Assembly (NCBI GenBank): GCA_002633005.1
Contig: NMRA01000015.1
Location: 959,598-1,023,597, forward strand
Length of the DNA stretch: 64,000 nucleotides
Source: Phoronis australis
Lineage: Eukaryota > Animalia > Phoronida
Direction of reading: 5' to 3'
Part shown: positions 1 to 12,600 of the stretch, in pieces
Layout: each line of letters starts with the position of its first letter
How positions within the stretch are numbered: the first letter of the stretch is position 1
The notes under the pieces: model-generated
What the model was told of the DNA's origin: nothing
Seen by the model: the letters and a program-made list of their open reading frames with translations, nothing else
Databases searched by the model: none
Position numbers and translations under genes: made by a program

Positions 1-1119
1 GAAAATCGTCGAAAGCGTTTTTTTTCTTACGTACGTTGAGCTGCCGGTAACACCGGTCTGTGTCACGGGGCGCGCGGAATATTGAAAAATGCATTTTTTG
101 TAAATTAAATTCATCATTTCTGAAATTACTGATGGCCTATTTCTTTGATAAGTCAGCCGTTAATATTAAGAGAAGTGGTAATCATTTCATGCTTTTTAAA
201 TTTTGCCAACACTTTCTTAATTCTGACCGATCCCGTCGAACCCGTCCAAAATAACATTCTGGCCGTCCAACAGAAAGCCGTTGCGTAAACAGTTGCTTGG
301 GAGTCCGATTATTTTACGCTTTGAAACGTACAGTTGTATATTTTGGCGAATAAAATCTTTTAATGTGTATGACATGTGACTTCCGTGTGAAACGCGCAGT
401 CGTATATAGCTCTTCTAAATTACGAAATCAGAACCTAGGGTCTCGTGGTCTAGAGGTTTAGAGCGAAGATACCACATTTTACGGCCAAGGTACGATACCC
501 GGTGTCTATAGCTAAGTTTTGGAGTAACAAATTTGTAATGAGAACTTGCTGAAACAAATAATCGTGGAGAGTGGAAAAAAGTTAGAAAATTAATAAACGT
601 AGAGACCCGAATAAGCATCGTATGGACCGGAAAACGAGTCTGAAAAAAATAATCGTATATATACGACTATTCGGAACTCGAGAGTAGGATTTCTTTCCCT
701 TATACATATTCTCTTCGTTCGTCCAGGTGTGACCCTGTCAGCCAACTTTCAAGCACTAGGGAACTCTGTAGTACTTTAGTGATTGGCTTACTCCGGAAGT
801 CATAGAGATCAGCCTTGATGTGATTTAAAAATTTAAATGCAATCAAAACGGAAATGGCTCATTTCTCAATTTTGTTAAAGGAACGAAGGATTATTCAGAA
901 AGAAATGTTGATTGCAAGAGTAAATTGGTGAAATTGGAATGATTCAAAGACTTAAACTGCCTCCAAATGTTCCCATCTACATTTGAAAGTTACAATAATT
1001 TAACTTTAATAGTTTATCCAGGAGTTTAGCATAATTTGCAGAAAATCTTCCAGTGTATAGGCTACACGAGCTCTTGACTTGAGTTGTGTTAATGAGTACC
1101 AAGTGTAGTTAGTCAATAT

Positions 1120-1590
1120 CGGGGCTTGGAATTTTCCGCGGAAACGCGGATTTCCGCTTTTTTCAAATGTTCTGTCCGCGCATTTTATTATATTTCCGCG
1201 TAAAAAAATCGGATATGATATAAAATTTCCGCGGCAAATTCCTTTCTTACCGCGGCGTTGCAGACGACGTTCCCCTTGAAAAGCGGAAGTTGCTCTTTAT
1301 GTTTCGGAGGAACGTAAATTGTCAACATTGCCGGGGCATCTGGGATAGCGTGGTGGGATTTTCAATGGCGTCTCGTGTTATTGTAAACCACGGCGACAAA
1401 TACTACGGCTCTGCAGCCAAAAATGTGTGCGTTGGGAGTGTACCGTCGAGCTAAAAGGACGCAGACGCATGCTACTGATGGTGGTAACATTTTTTTTTTT
1501 TAATCCTCCCGATTTTTGTCGGAAAGGTTCACATCGACCATTTCAAGGCTGGGTAGCGCGCATGATTTGGACCGTAAAAGTTTCTGCGTT
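1120..1590 (+). mobile_element. Non-autonomous DNA transposon (MITE family A), 3'-truncated copy
   Basis: Near-identical to 2673-3171 from CGGGGCTTGGAATTTTCCGCGG to AAAGTTTCTGCGTT; lacks the right terminal inverted repeat. Confidence 0.85.
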
Positions 1591-2672
1591 CTGCAACATA
1601 CAACTATTCCAACTTTTAATAAACACGTACTGTATGCCACAGGAGAATACCTTGAGTAGACGCCCAGCACATCCTAATGAAGCCTGTACGTCTAACTATC
1701 CTTAACACTGGCAAAGCTATCAAGGTTACGCTGCTATAGTTCCTTTCGAGGTAAACGTCAAATAGATGGTTCCCGCTTCAAACCACCTGCTGTGAACCAG
1801 TTTTTACTGAATAACAATCATTACCGTTATTTAGTGAACACTGTAGTGGGAACCGTCCATTCAAATTTTACCCCTTTCAAATGTAAATGGGGACCTTTGG
1901 AGGTAGTTGAAGTTCTTAAATCCTTCCAACTTGTACAAGTTTTTCTGCAATTCTTTTTTGTGAGTAGTCCTTTTCTCCGTCGAAGAAATTGAACACAATG
2001 CCATTACAGTTAACGTGCTTGTGGAAACGTATTAAAGGTTATGGAAGGTCGCCCATCTGCCAACCTTACCGAGAGGCATCAGCACAGACGGAGGGCCTGT
2101 GTTGCCTCAGAAGTGTTTTATATCTGCGCATGTGCGAGCTTAAATCAGAGCAGCAAAGGCATTTGGTGAACAGACATTTAAAATCATCAGCAGGTGTCAT
2201 TAGATGTACGCAACATATTGTTCATGTTTTAGCCTGTTATGGCTGGGACATTCAAATCTGTTCTCCGTTTTCACAGTCACGTGACTTTCTGTTGTAAATG
2301 AGTTTGTACACGCACATATTTCCCTATGTAACACCTCCAAAGGATAATTTTAATCTATCAAAATTCCTGAGGTACTTCAGATGCCGTCATTCTAGAACAT
2401 ACTTTATTCAGTGATCAAATATGGCCGTCCCTGGGAGTTAGTTTCATCCATTGACTGATGGGCGTATGACGGAATTCTCAAAGTCAGGGACCTGCTAGTG
2501 CTGTATGTAATAAACTACCTAAAGTTGTGAGCGGAGCATCTGTGTAACCTGCGAAATTAATCGAGCCGTACATACCAGCTTCGTTAGCTAAACGGCGTCG
2601 ATGTAAACAATTAGTGTCAGCAGAACTGTCGCAATGTAGCGCTGATGCATGGAGTGTAGGTTTGTACCTGTT

Positions 2673-3171
2673 CAGGGCTTGGAATTTTCCGCGGAAACGC
2701 GGATTTCCGCTTTTTTCAAATGTTCTGTCCGCGCATTTTAGTATATTTCCGCGTAAAAAAAATCGGATTTGATATAAAATTTCCGCGGCAAATTCCTTTC
2801 TTACCATGGCGTTGCAGACGACGTTCACCTCGAAAAGCGGAAGTTGCTCTTTATGTTTCGGAGGAACGTAAATTGTCAACATTGCCGGGGCAGCTGGGAT
2901 AGCGTGGTGGGATTTTCAATGGCGTCTCGTGTTATTGTAAACCGCGGCGACACATACTACGGTTCTGCAGCCAAAAATGTGTGGGTTGGGAGTGGACGGA
3001 CGAGCTAAAAGGACGCAGACGCATGCTACTGATGGTGGTAACGTTTTTTTTTAGTCCCCGATTTTTGTCGGGGAAAGGTTCACATCGACCATTTCAAGAC
3101 TGCATGGTAGCGCGCATGATTTGGGCCGTAAAAGTGTCCGCGTTTTTTGTCATTGGTCATTCCAAGCCCTG
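2673..3171 (+). mobile_element. Non-autonomous hAT-like MITE (family A), full length, 499 bp
   Basis: 13-bp perfect TIR CAGGGCTTGGAAT...ATTCCAAGCCCTG flanked by the direct repeat ACCTGTT (2666-2672 and 3172-3178). Two other copies lie in the window. Confidence 0.9.
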
Positions 3172-6100
3172 ACCTGTTACAGAGTTGTATCTGTACCATA
3201 GGATTTCAGCCTCTGTATAGCCTCCAGGTGACGTTCTTTTGGAAAAAGGTGATGAAGTCTCTTTTTTCTAAGCTCTTGTCAACCGCAGCACCCTCATTCA
3301 ACCGAGGGCTTTAAGCTATGTTGTAAACTTTGTCGACGGGTTGGCTACTGTGAGACAAGTTCGTCTCTGTTCATATGTGATGAACTAGAAATATTTTAAG
3401 CGCAAAAAATGAGAAAACTGACATCGTGCTTGCATTTTTCATACTTGTGCCCAGTATCAGGTTTCTTAGTTTCCAAATTAGCCACTATGATACGACTCGT
3501 AAATCCCTGTATTATAAGCCTCCTGTAATGTCAGCAAGGCTGTTATTCCCCATACAGTGTATTACACTGACATTTTGCACTTAATGTTATTACTAGTACG
3601 AGTAAGACAGCAGATGGAATTGTGTTTGACTGTCTGCTCTGTATTCTCCTTTCTTAATAAAATTACGCATCTGAATCCAGCCAGAGTTTAATTATGTGTA
3701 TCTGTTAGTGGCAGGTTCTTGTCTGGTTGGGTGGGATTTCAAAGATCGGGCATTTTGTAATGGTTCTGGGGGATCTGGACTTGACTAGCAGCAATGGAGA
3801 AATCCTACAAGGCAAAACTCCGCTTTCCTCTTAATATATGTAAGATTTCTCTATGTTATTGCGAAAGCTGTGCTGTGTGACTACATTTAATTGTCATTGA
3901 TATCCCTGCCACTGCTCCGTTTGAACAGAGGGGATTTCACAGAAATAAGCTCTGATGTAAGGGACACAGAATCCCTGAAAGGCCATTTGTTGCTTTGTGT
4001 TATTTTGGCAGTGGGTTTCACTTTGGTTTGACATTTTCATAGAAGTATATCTACAATTTAGGTAATCTTCAAAGATTTTTTTCTCCCACAGGAGACTTCC
4101 TATTGATAGGATTGTATGACTACTATTTCTATTGACTACTACTGATAGGGTAATTGTCACTTTTACAGGAATCCTGGATTTTGAGAACCGGTTTGATGCC
4201 CTAAGTGGAGAAAACTGGAACTCAAAATGCAGAACTTCTGAAAGTGCATATGTATTTTGGCTAAAACTGTTTTTGCAGTGCAGTTTTTTATGCTTTGTTA
4301 TAAAAGTCAGAGTTGTAGTGACATTTAAAAAAAAAAGAAATATTAAAGTCCACTAAAGTCTTAAGGGAGTAAATTGTCTATCCTTTGGCTAGAAATGTCT
4401 TGAATCCTTTCTGTGACCGTTGTTTGTGCCCACAATGTCTGAACTATTAAACTCTACAAACCTCTGTAGTGTTGGTGTGTTTTAGTTCACTTGAACTAAA
4501 TGTATGACATGGTATCGGTCACATGTACCCTTTGTTATACTTAACAGAACTTTTGGCCTGTGTTAGGTTTCAGTTGTCCTGATCAGACTCCCCTAATAAC
4601 AATAAGTGTACATAGTTGTGGTATTGTTTTGCACTGACCGTAGATTTCTATGCATAAGTACACTGACCAGTATTTATTATAACATTTTTAGTTTTCCACT
4701 TAGTGAATGTGTACCACAAGGCCTGCAGGAGTCTGTTTAGGATAACCTCTGACCTGACCTTTCTCATGAAGATCATGTGATGTTTGTCTTCATGCCATGC
4801 CTCAATGGTCAGTGGGTCAGTTCCCTTTGGTCAGTCATTGTAAAACTACAGATTGTAAGCTGTTGTTTACAAGAACTCTTGAATCTAATTCTCTTGTCCA
4901 GAGTCATGCTGTAGTCTATGAGAGATGAGATGTTCCAACAGTTGACTTGGTTATGAAAAGTTGGGTTACAAATGTATAGCAGGAAATATTTTGGTTAGGG
5001 GATTGATTCACTGCAGTACTTAGTTTGGAAGACTCCAAAAGAGGTCTCTGTATTTCACAAATGTTCAGTAATGTTATAATAATAAGGTTGTTATTAAAAT
5101 AATGATAATGTTATCAATACTTTCAAGGAAATGTGCTGCTAAGTTATTAACACTGCTCCATGTGGTATCTGACTTCGCTTTGATGAACAGTTTTTTTCTA
5201 ATCGTTATTGATTAGTTATTAAGTAAGTTTTCATCTCAAATGGAAGTTTCATTAGCATCTGCCTACACTGTTGATTCACTGACTTCGGGGTGAAGCTGTA
5301 AGAGGTGGTTGTAGGCTGTGCCAGGTCTGAGCATGTGTGTGTGTGTGGTGCAGCACAGTAGGTGTAGTGTACAGAGAGGTGGCTCACTGGGTGAGGCACA
5401 GCCAGGTGACATCTCTCACTTGTTAAATTGAGTACAGCTGTTACCGGTACTGTGATTGAACACTGGTTTGGAAAACAGCTTTCCTGAACTTTAAATGACT
5501 TTCTGATTTACTGGTATTTTCGATTTAGCACTGTTATGCACTTTGCTCAGTGGCATTTCCATTGGGGAAATTGTCTACAAAAAATAAAGCATTCACTGAG
5601 AATTATGTCTGTACTATTCCAAGGTAGTGCCACTAAAATATCTTTTGTGCCCATTAACACTGGTAAATTGTGTTATACAGAAAGTGGCATGTTTAATAGT
5701 AAAACATTTATTTTTGCGTAAATAATTTTGTTTGAATATAAACAATAGTTGAGAAATTTCCGATTTGAAATTCCGTTGTTGACTACTATGGCTTAGTGAA
5801 TCCCTGTTAGAAATGGGAGTTTGTCTTATTAGATGAAACTGTTGATCCTGACTGATGACACGTTTACTAATACTTAGTCTATGCGCAAATTCAAACAAAA
5901 TAAAAGTTTATTGTTTTAGTTATCATTCTACCCATGACCAAAATTGATTTGTGACTACTCGGAAATTGACCAATCGCAGGAAATTACCACGCGATTACCA
6001 ATGTAAGGATAGAGTCTCTCATGTTTAAGTTGCCACGAGCCTAGGTGGATACCTCGTTTTCAAACGCTGCCAAATGAGTGTTTTTTGAGGGGTTAACTTC

Positions 6101-6648
6101 TTCAGTCCCATAACTTTATCAGAGTAGTGCTCTAGGTTGAACTTCTTGTTTCAAACTGTAGATATGCTGTACTTTACTTTACTTTATTGCGGGGTCAGGT
6201 TTTATTGTCTGTGTTCAGTCACTTACATGTGTGATTTGTTGGACCTACAGTCAGGGGGGTTGTACCTAACAGTCGGGGGAGGGGGTTGACTGTAACAGTC
6301 TATCTGTGAGAAATAAATCAATTTACTTGCTTCTAACTTTAGTTGCTTCTAGCTTTTTGTTTAAATCAATCTGTTTAGTTTGTTTGGACATGGTTTACCT
6401 TGATGCTTCAAATAGAAACAACCCTGATCTCTAATGGAAGTTTAAACATGCTGCATAACTTTAGGAACTTTAATAGAAGCCAGTGGCTGAATATACTAGT
6501 GCTTCTAATCGTCACAACTCATGCACTCAAGACTTTCCAGTTATCATCACTGTTGTAGTTAGTTACAGCTTGCGTACAATATAAAATTCTTATTGGTCCA
6601 TCTGTCTTCTAGTGAGTACTGCACCGACTTGGAACTGTTAAACCGACC

Positions 6649-9600
6649 ATGAGTTCGGATATGATGAATCCAGATGGTAGCGTAGACACTCAGGCCTACG
6701 ACCCCGACTATGAACTGCCAACCTACGAAGAGGCATTCCCGGCACTGGCTCCAGGAGGCAGTGTTCAGCCGACTGTCAATCACGGCCAGTGGACGCACAC
6801 GCCTAAAATGAGTGTCAAGAGATCTGCTTTGACTCAGGTAAGGCCCACATGCCGGCAATTAGTGATTAAAAATCGCCTTTGCCTTGAGGCAATTTTTACA
6901 ATTTTAAGCATTTTAGTATAATTTATTAAGAAACTGACATTTAGCTCTCTACAAAGGATTGGTTGAATATGCAATTACTGTTACCAATGGCAACACTGTG
7001 CTTCCACTTATTTATTAATCTTGTGAATTCACTTGTTCTTCATGTCCGTCATTGATATTCTCATGTACAGATGGTTTCTTACTCAACAAGTGCAAGAAAC
7101 AACTGATTTTAACTGCTTGTGTTGCCTCTAGGGGGCAGTGAGTGAAGTGCTGGACACCTGTTGTTACTTTGTCGTTAACGGTTGACCACCATATGTTTGT
7201 GTGTCATCGATATTTTGCTAAGTATTCCTGATTATGCTGGTCTTTAGGAACACTTTTTCGTAACCATGAGTAGCGACACCTGTCTGCATTGCTTGTGAAT
7301 GTCAAAAAGAACTGCTGTAAGTTGCACCAGGACCTAAGGTCTGAATTCTGACTCTTGAAAGTTAACCAATCACTTGGAGTACATTTTGGATTTGTTGTGT
7401 TTAAGAGTCGAATTTCGATTGCAGAAATTGGACTTTAGGCTCAGAAATACCTTATTCATGATTAACATCTGTTTTTTGTCACTCGGGCAGGTTTTCCGTG
7501 TGCCACTCGAGGAGCGTCGGTACAAAGAGATGCACGAAGGATTTGGTGACTCTGGGGAGCAAGCCAAGATATGCCAGGAGATTATGACCAAGAACAGTAG
7601 GCATTTGTTCATAAATAGTTCAGAATCAGTCTTGGTGTACTGTTCACTGACATTGATAGCAAAATTGGGTATTGTATGTATGTACTTTGAATTGAGATAA
7701 TGCATTTTGCCATGTAAACACCCAAAGGTATTATTGTATCACAATTCAGGCAAGGGACAGGCATTACATCGGGCATGGCTGTTTATACATGTTTGTGCGT
7801 TCACTACTGGAGTATACATCCAACAGACAGTGCAAGCCCCCACACACCTCTCAATTAGATGCCAACAAGTGTTGCTGTATAAACCTACCCAGATAATCCG
7901 TATTTTTATTTTGAATTGCGACTTTTCTTGCAATATGTTTTCAAAAAGTCTTGTGATCGTACAAAGTTCAGTCACTGCTTACTGCAAACCGCCACTCTGA
8001 TTAACTCCACTGCTAGGTTAAACCAGGGTGATTAGTTCTAAAATTCCATTTCTTTTCCGTTTTAAGGCAAATTTTTAAAAGACTCCCGCCCTTGGAGGTC
8101 TGGGATGTCGGATCATTATCGGACCAAGTTTGGCTCCTTGAGGGGTTGGCATTAAAACGAGCTCCTCTGGGCTCTTAACGAATTTCACTCAAACGTTGGA
8201 GGTGGTTTTAAAATGGACAGAATGCTGTAGTTACGCTGTGTGAAGTTGGTCGGAGCTCAAAGTTAATGTAAACTAAGGTGCAAATAACACAAGTTTTTAC
8301 TTCACAATTTTGAACGAAGCAACACACGAGTGTATCTGTTCAAGGTTGGTTTTTAACTTGTAAATACTAAAACTTATTTGTAAAATTATTTATTGTGCAT
8401 TCAAAAGAAGACAGGAACAGTGTTGAGATAGTACATAGGTTTACTCGTATACTACTTTTATTACAACTTTTATTTTGTTATATTTCGTAAGCAGCCAATA
8501 ACCCAGGTTACTGGAATAAACTGTATACAATGAACCTATGTGTTTGTCTACTGTTCAACTCTGTCGTATCTGTTTGTAGATGTTGCCATTGAGATGAGTC
8601 TGGCCAAGGACCAGAGTCTGACCGTAGTCATCACGGGCAAGGCGGACAATGTGATGCAGGCTAGACGACAGGTGATGAATCAGCTGCAGACACAGGTAAG
8701 TGACACTGTGAAGACGGAGGGGGGGTAATGGTGGTTGTAGGCAATAACTTAACTCTATACTCGGACTCCTCCATCGACTGTTGCGTGCTTCTCCCCTCTA
8801 TTAAAGACTCTGGTTAATTGAATTTGAAGTGGATTTGTCAAGATCAATGGCCTGTCTCTCAAAGACTTTGTAGTCAAAAGTTGTTTTTTATCCTGCGACT
8901 TTTAATTTGCTCTCAAGCAAGCTATGGATTTATATCTTTTGGGTTCAAGTTGTGGACAGATTTTCTGGCCTTGAGACTTAGCCTGATATTATGAAACAGG
9001 CTATAAAGCCATCCTTAGTCTGATTTTTAGCTACAAGTTGAAAGATAATAGACTTTGAAAAACAGTCCACAGTAGTGCATTTAAACACTTAGTCATAGTT
9101 TGAATCTTGATTCGAGTTTTAGGATCAGTGGTGCAACTGTGGGCTGTAATTTTTTAAAATATATTTTTAAGGGGGGTAACTTTGTCAGTGCTGCGTACTG
9201 CTCTCTACAAGGGTTCGGTGCATTTGCACCACATCCCCTTTAGCTCACTCAAGTTGAGTCAGAGTGCAGAATGGCAAGAAACACTTTGTACATTGGTCAT
9301 AATCCGCAAGCCAACACAAGATTTGAACTTGGACCTCACTAGCAAAATCCATTGTCCAAACTACTGTCTCCTTTAATGTTGAGGATGTGTCTAAAGAATG
9401 TTGATGTGATTACTGCTCATACAAGCTCTTGCCAACGTGTTGATTAGTTTGTTCAATTAGATTTAGCCTTCAGAATTCTATCGTGTTCAGTTTTGACTCA
9501 CCAGAGTAGATTTGAACGTTTGAGCTATCTTGTCTCTCTAATATGTACTTAATGATCAGTTCTCACTCGGTGTCGTGTAACCACAGGGGTTCATTAACAT

Positions 9601-12600
9601 TTAGTTCTCATCTACCCCACCAGGCGTCAGTGTTGCTGCAGATTCCCAAGGAGCACCACCGGTTCATCCTGGGCAAGAGTGGCAAGAACCTTCAACAGTT
9701 AGAGCTGGACACGGCCACCAAGATCAACATCCCGCGGCCTGACGAGAACTCGGACGGCATCCGCATCACAGGCACCAAGGAAGGTATCGACAAAGCCTCC
9801 CATGAGATTCAACTCATCTCCGCTGAGAAGGTGGGTCTGCGCTGTTTTGCTGTTTTATGTATGATCAAAATTGTACTAGTCTAACGGTCTCTGACCCGTT
9901 GGAGTAAAATGAAATAATGTTAAAACTGAAATTGATTTGAGCGGGTATTTTGTGTGTTGGTCATGCAGAATTTGTATTTCACTGAAGTTTTGAATAGATA
10001 TCTACTCTCAAGTGACCTTTGATTTGTACACTAACTTGTAGTCATTAAACCTTTGTTTAAAAACTCACTTCCACACTTTTGATTCTGTGTAGCAAATTCA
10101 TCAAGCTTGAAGAATTTTAGCTTCACCAGTTGTCAAATTTATGCATCTTCTCAATATTTTGAAGTTGTACTTCTGGCAGTGTAGGGTTTTCGGGGAGGGG
10201 GGGTAAAGTTGACAAAATCTCATTGATAATTTAAGTGTTATTTTTTATCCAATTCTCTGAGTTTTTACGTTAACTTCATCAAAGCCAAGGAAGTTTCAAC
10301 AACGTTTGTCAACATTGTTTGAAAACTACTGTCTCTTGAGAATACTGTTGAAATAGTAGTCACCTGATAATTGGGGTGATGCCGAGCGTTTTTCCAACTG
10401 TTTAATCATGTTTCAGTCTGCCAAGTTGGCATTTGAACGCCTGCCCATTCCGAAGATTTTCCACGTGTTCATCTGCGGCCCCAACAACTCGCAGCTAAAT
10501 GCGCTGCAGGAGAAGACGGGTGCACGCATCAACGTGCCGCCCCCTAGTGTCATGAAGGACGAGATCGTGGTGTCGGGTGAGAAGGAAGGTGTTCACACTG
10601 CCATACAGCAGATCAAGAAGGTCTATGAGGACAGGGTGAGTGGTGTGACGCCATAATGATACTGTCTGTCCTAATTTCATCTAAGATCTGCTGTAAGCCT
10701 GTAGCTACCTATTTGCACCCTTTTAGTAAGAAAGAATTTGTTAAACGCACGACAGTGTTGTCCACTGTCTTCAAGAGGTACTGTTGCTTGTAGTAATTCA
10801 ATGTCACTCTTGCACTGTTTTGTGGAGTTTCGTTTGGTGGGAAAGTGAACTCATGGAATTGTCCAGCAGAGGTCACTTCTGGCTAACGTGTTAAAACAAT
10901 GCTAGATGTTGTATTTTGATTCAGTTGCATTATGTTCAATTAATAAGTCTAGAGTATCTTGGCCGCAATTTTTTCTTGAGACAAGTTTTGTTGAACTCGA
11001 CATTCCATTTGTTTTTAATGGCCTTACTATATAAAAACTTTGATTGACCTGTCGCGAGCTCCGCCCCTTTGCGAAATGTCGACAAACAAACAATAAGTTT
11101 TACCCAGCAACATGTTGTTTGTCCGGTGAAATGGCAGCTTGGAAACGAAGGTGTGTCAAGAATACTGTGTTCTGATTGGTCAGTTAAAGTCCTGGCAATT
11201 GGTCAATTGGCGACAAGTTGAATTATTGCTGAATGTGCCAGCAACTCAAGTCACAGGCCATGCGTGCATGCTCCATTCTCAAATATGAAGTTTGTTAATA
11301 TCAGTAAACTCGGAACCGTTTCCTTGAGTCGCTGATGGTAAAGGAAATGGAATCTTGTCACAGGAAGGAATGTTATGGGAGTGCAAGTCGAAATTGGATT
11401 TTCATTTTTATCCAGCTAAACGGGGCAAACTGCAGCTGTTACATTATGTATGCTGCTTCGGTACATTTTGGGTGACACTATCACCACCTGCCAACGGCCA
11501 CTTCCAATGTTGAAGTTCCCTTAGTGGAAAAGCAAAGACAAGATTGGTTGATGGCAGGCGCATAGTCTTACTGTTGATTATTCCACACATGCTAGTGCGA
11601 GAGTGGTGGCTCAGCAGGGAGTGTCTAATCGAACATGCGTGTGTATTCTTTTCACTCTTGGCTTTTGATCTCACATTGCTTTGCTTGTTCTCGTTTACAG
11701 AAGCAGAAGTGTCAGACGGTGTCAGTGGAGGTGCGCAAGTCGCAGCATAAGTACGTGATCGGGCCCCGTGGTGCCAACCGAGAGGACATCCTGAGGGAGT
11801 ATGGTGTCTCCGTGGAGGTGCCACCCCTCGACAGTCCCTCGGAGACCATCACACTGCGCGGTGACTCTGACAAGCTAGGACCAGCACTCACCATGGTTTA
11901 TTCTAAGGTGAGGCTTCAGTAAGATCTGTTTGGGACCAAAATGATAATAAAAATATTAAAAATTCTCATTGATGTTTATGTGAGTTTTCCTACACACTAA
12001 ATATCGCCTTTCAGCCATTCCTAGGAAGGTCCATTTAGTTAGTCAGATTTAGTTGAAATAGTTCCATTCAACAACATTGAGCAACATATTTTCAGTAGTA
12101 ATGTAAACAGTACCTTTTTCTGATATTATTTGCAAAGTTGATGGAAGAATGATTGGAATTCTGTTGATAATTATATTTTGTCAGGTGTAGCAACTATTTA
12201 GACTTGTCTCAAGATTGAGGTATTCTGACCAAATATGTTCAATTTCTATCGTGATTTCAGTCAAAGTTGTTTATTTGCAGGCCAACAGTGTTGTCATTGC
12301 TGAGGTAGAAGCCCCCGCGTGGCTGCACAGATTCATCATAGGACGGAAGGGGGCCAACATTCGCAAGATTACTCAGGACTTGCCCAAGGTAAACATGACC
12401 TTTCCTCGCCCGCTTTCCTTCAATATGTCCCTGTTTTTCTGCCCTCAGTGATACTTGTTCTGCTGGTTTTTCGCGGCTCCTTCAATTTCAACTTTGTGTC
12501 AACAGATACATCTCATCGTATCAAAATGGGTGCATTATTTTTGACTTACTATCATCTGTAGTGCACTGGTGTGAGCGCAGCTGAACCAGTTGCATTAATT

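Noticed and set aside
438-505. tRNA-like sequence with A/B-box-like motifs
   Set aside because: No convincing acceptor or anticodon stems; at best a decayed SINE head, so it was not called as a tRNA gene.
1427-3172. Similar ORFs at 1427, 2484, 2720 and 2981 (also 52411, 52573) suggesting a small gene family
   Set aside because: All derive from copies of the same non-coding MITE; the frames are broken differently in each copy.
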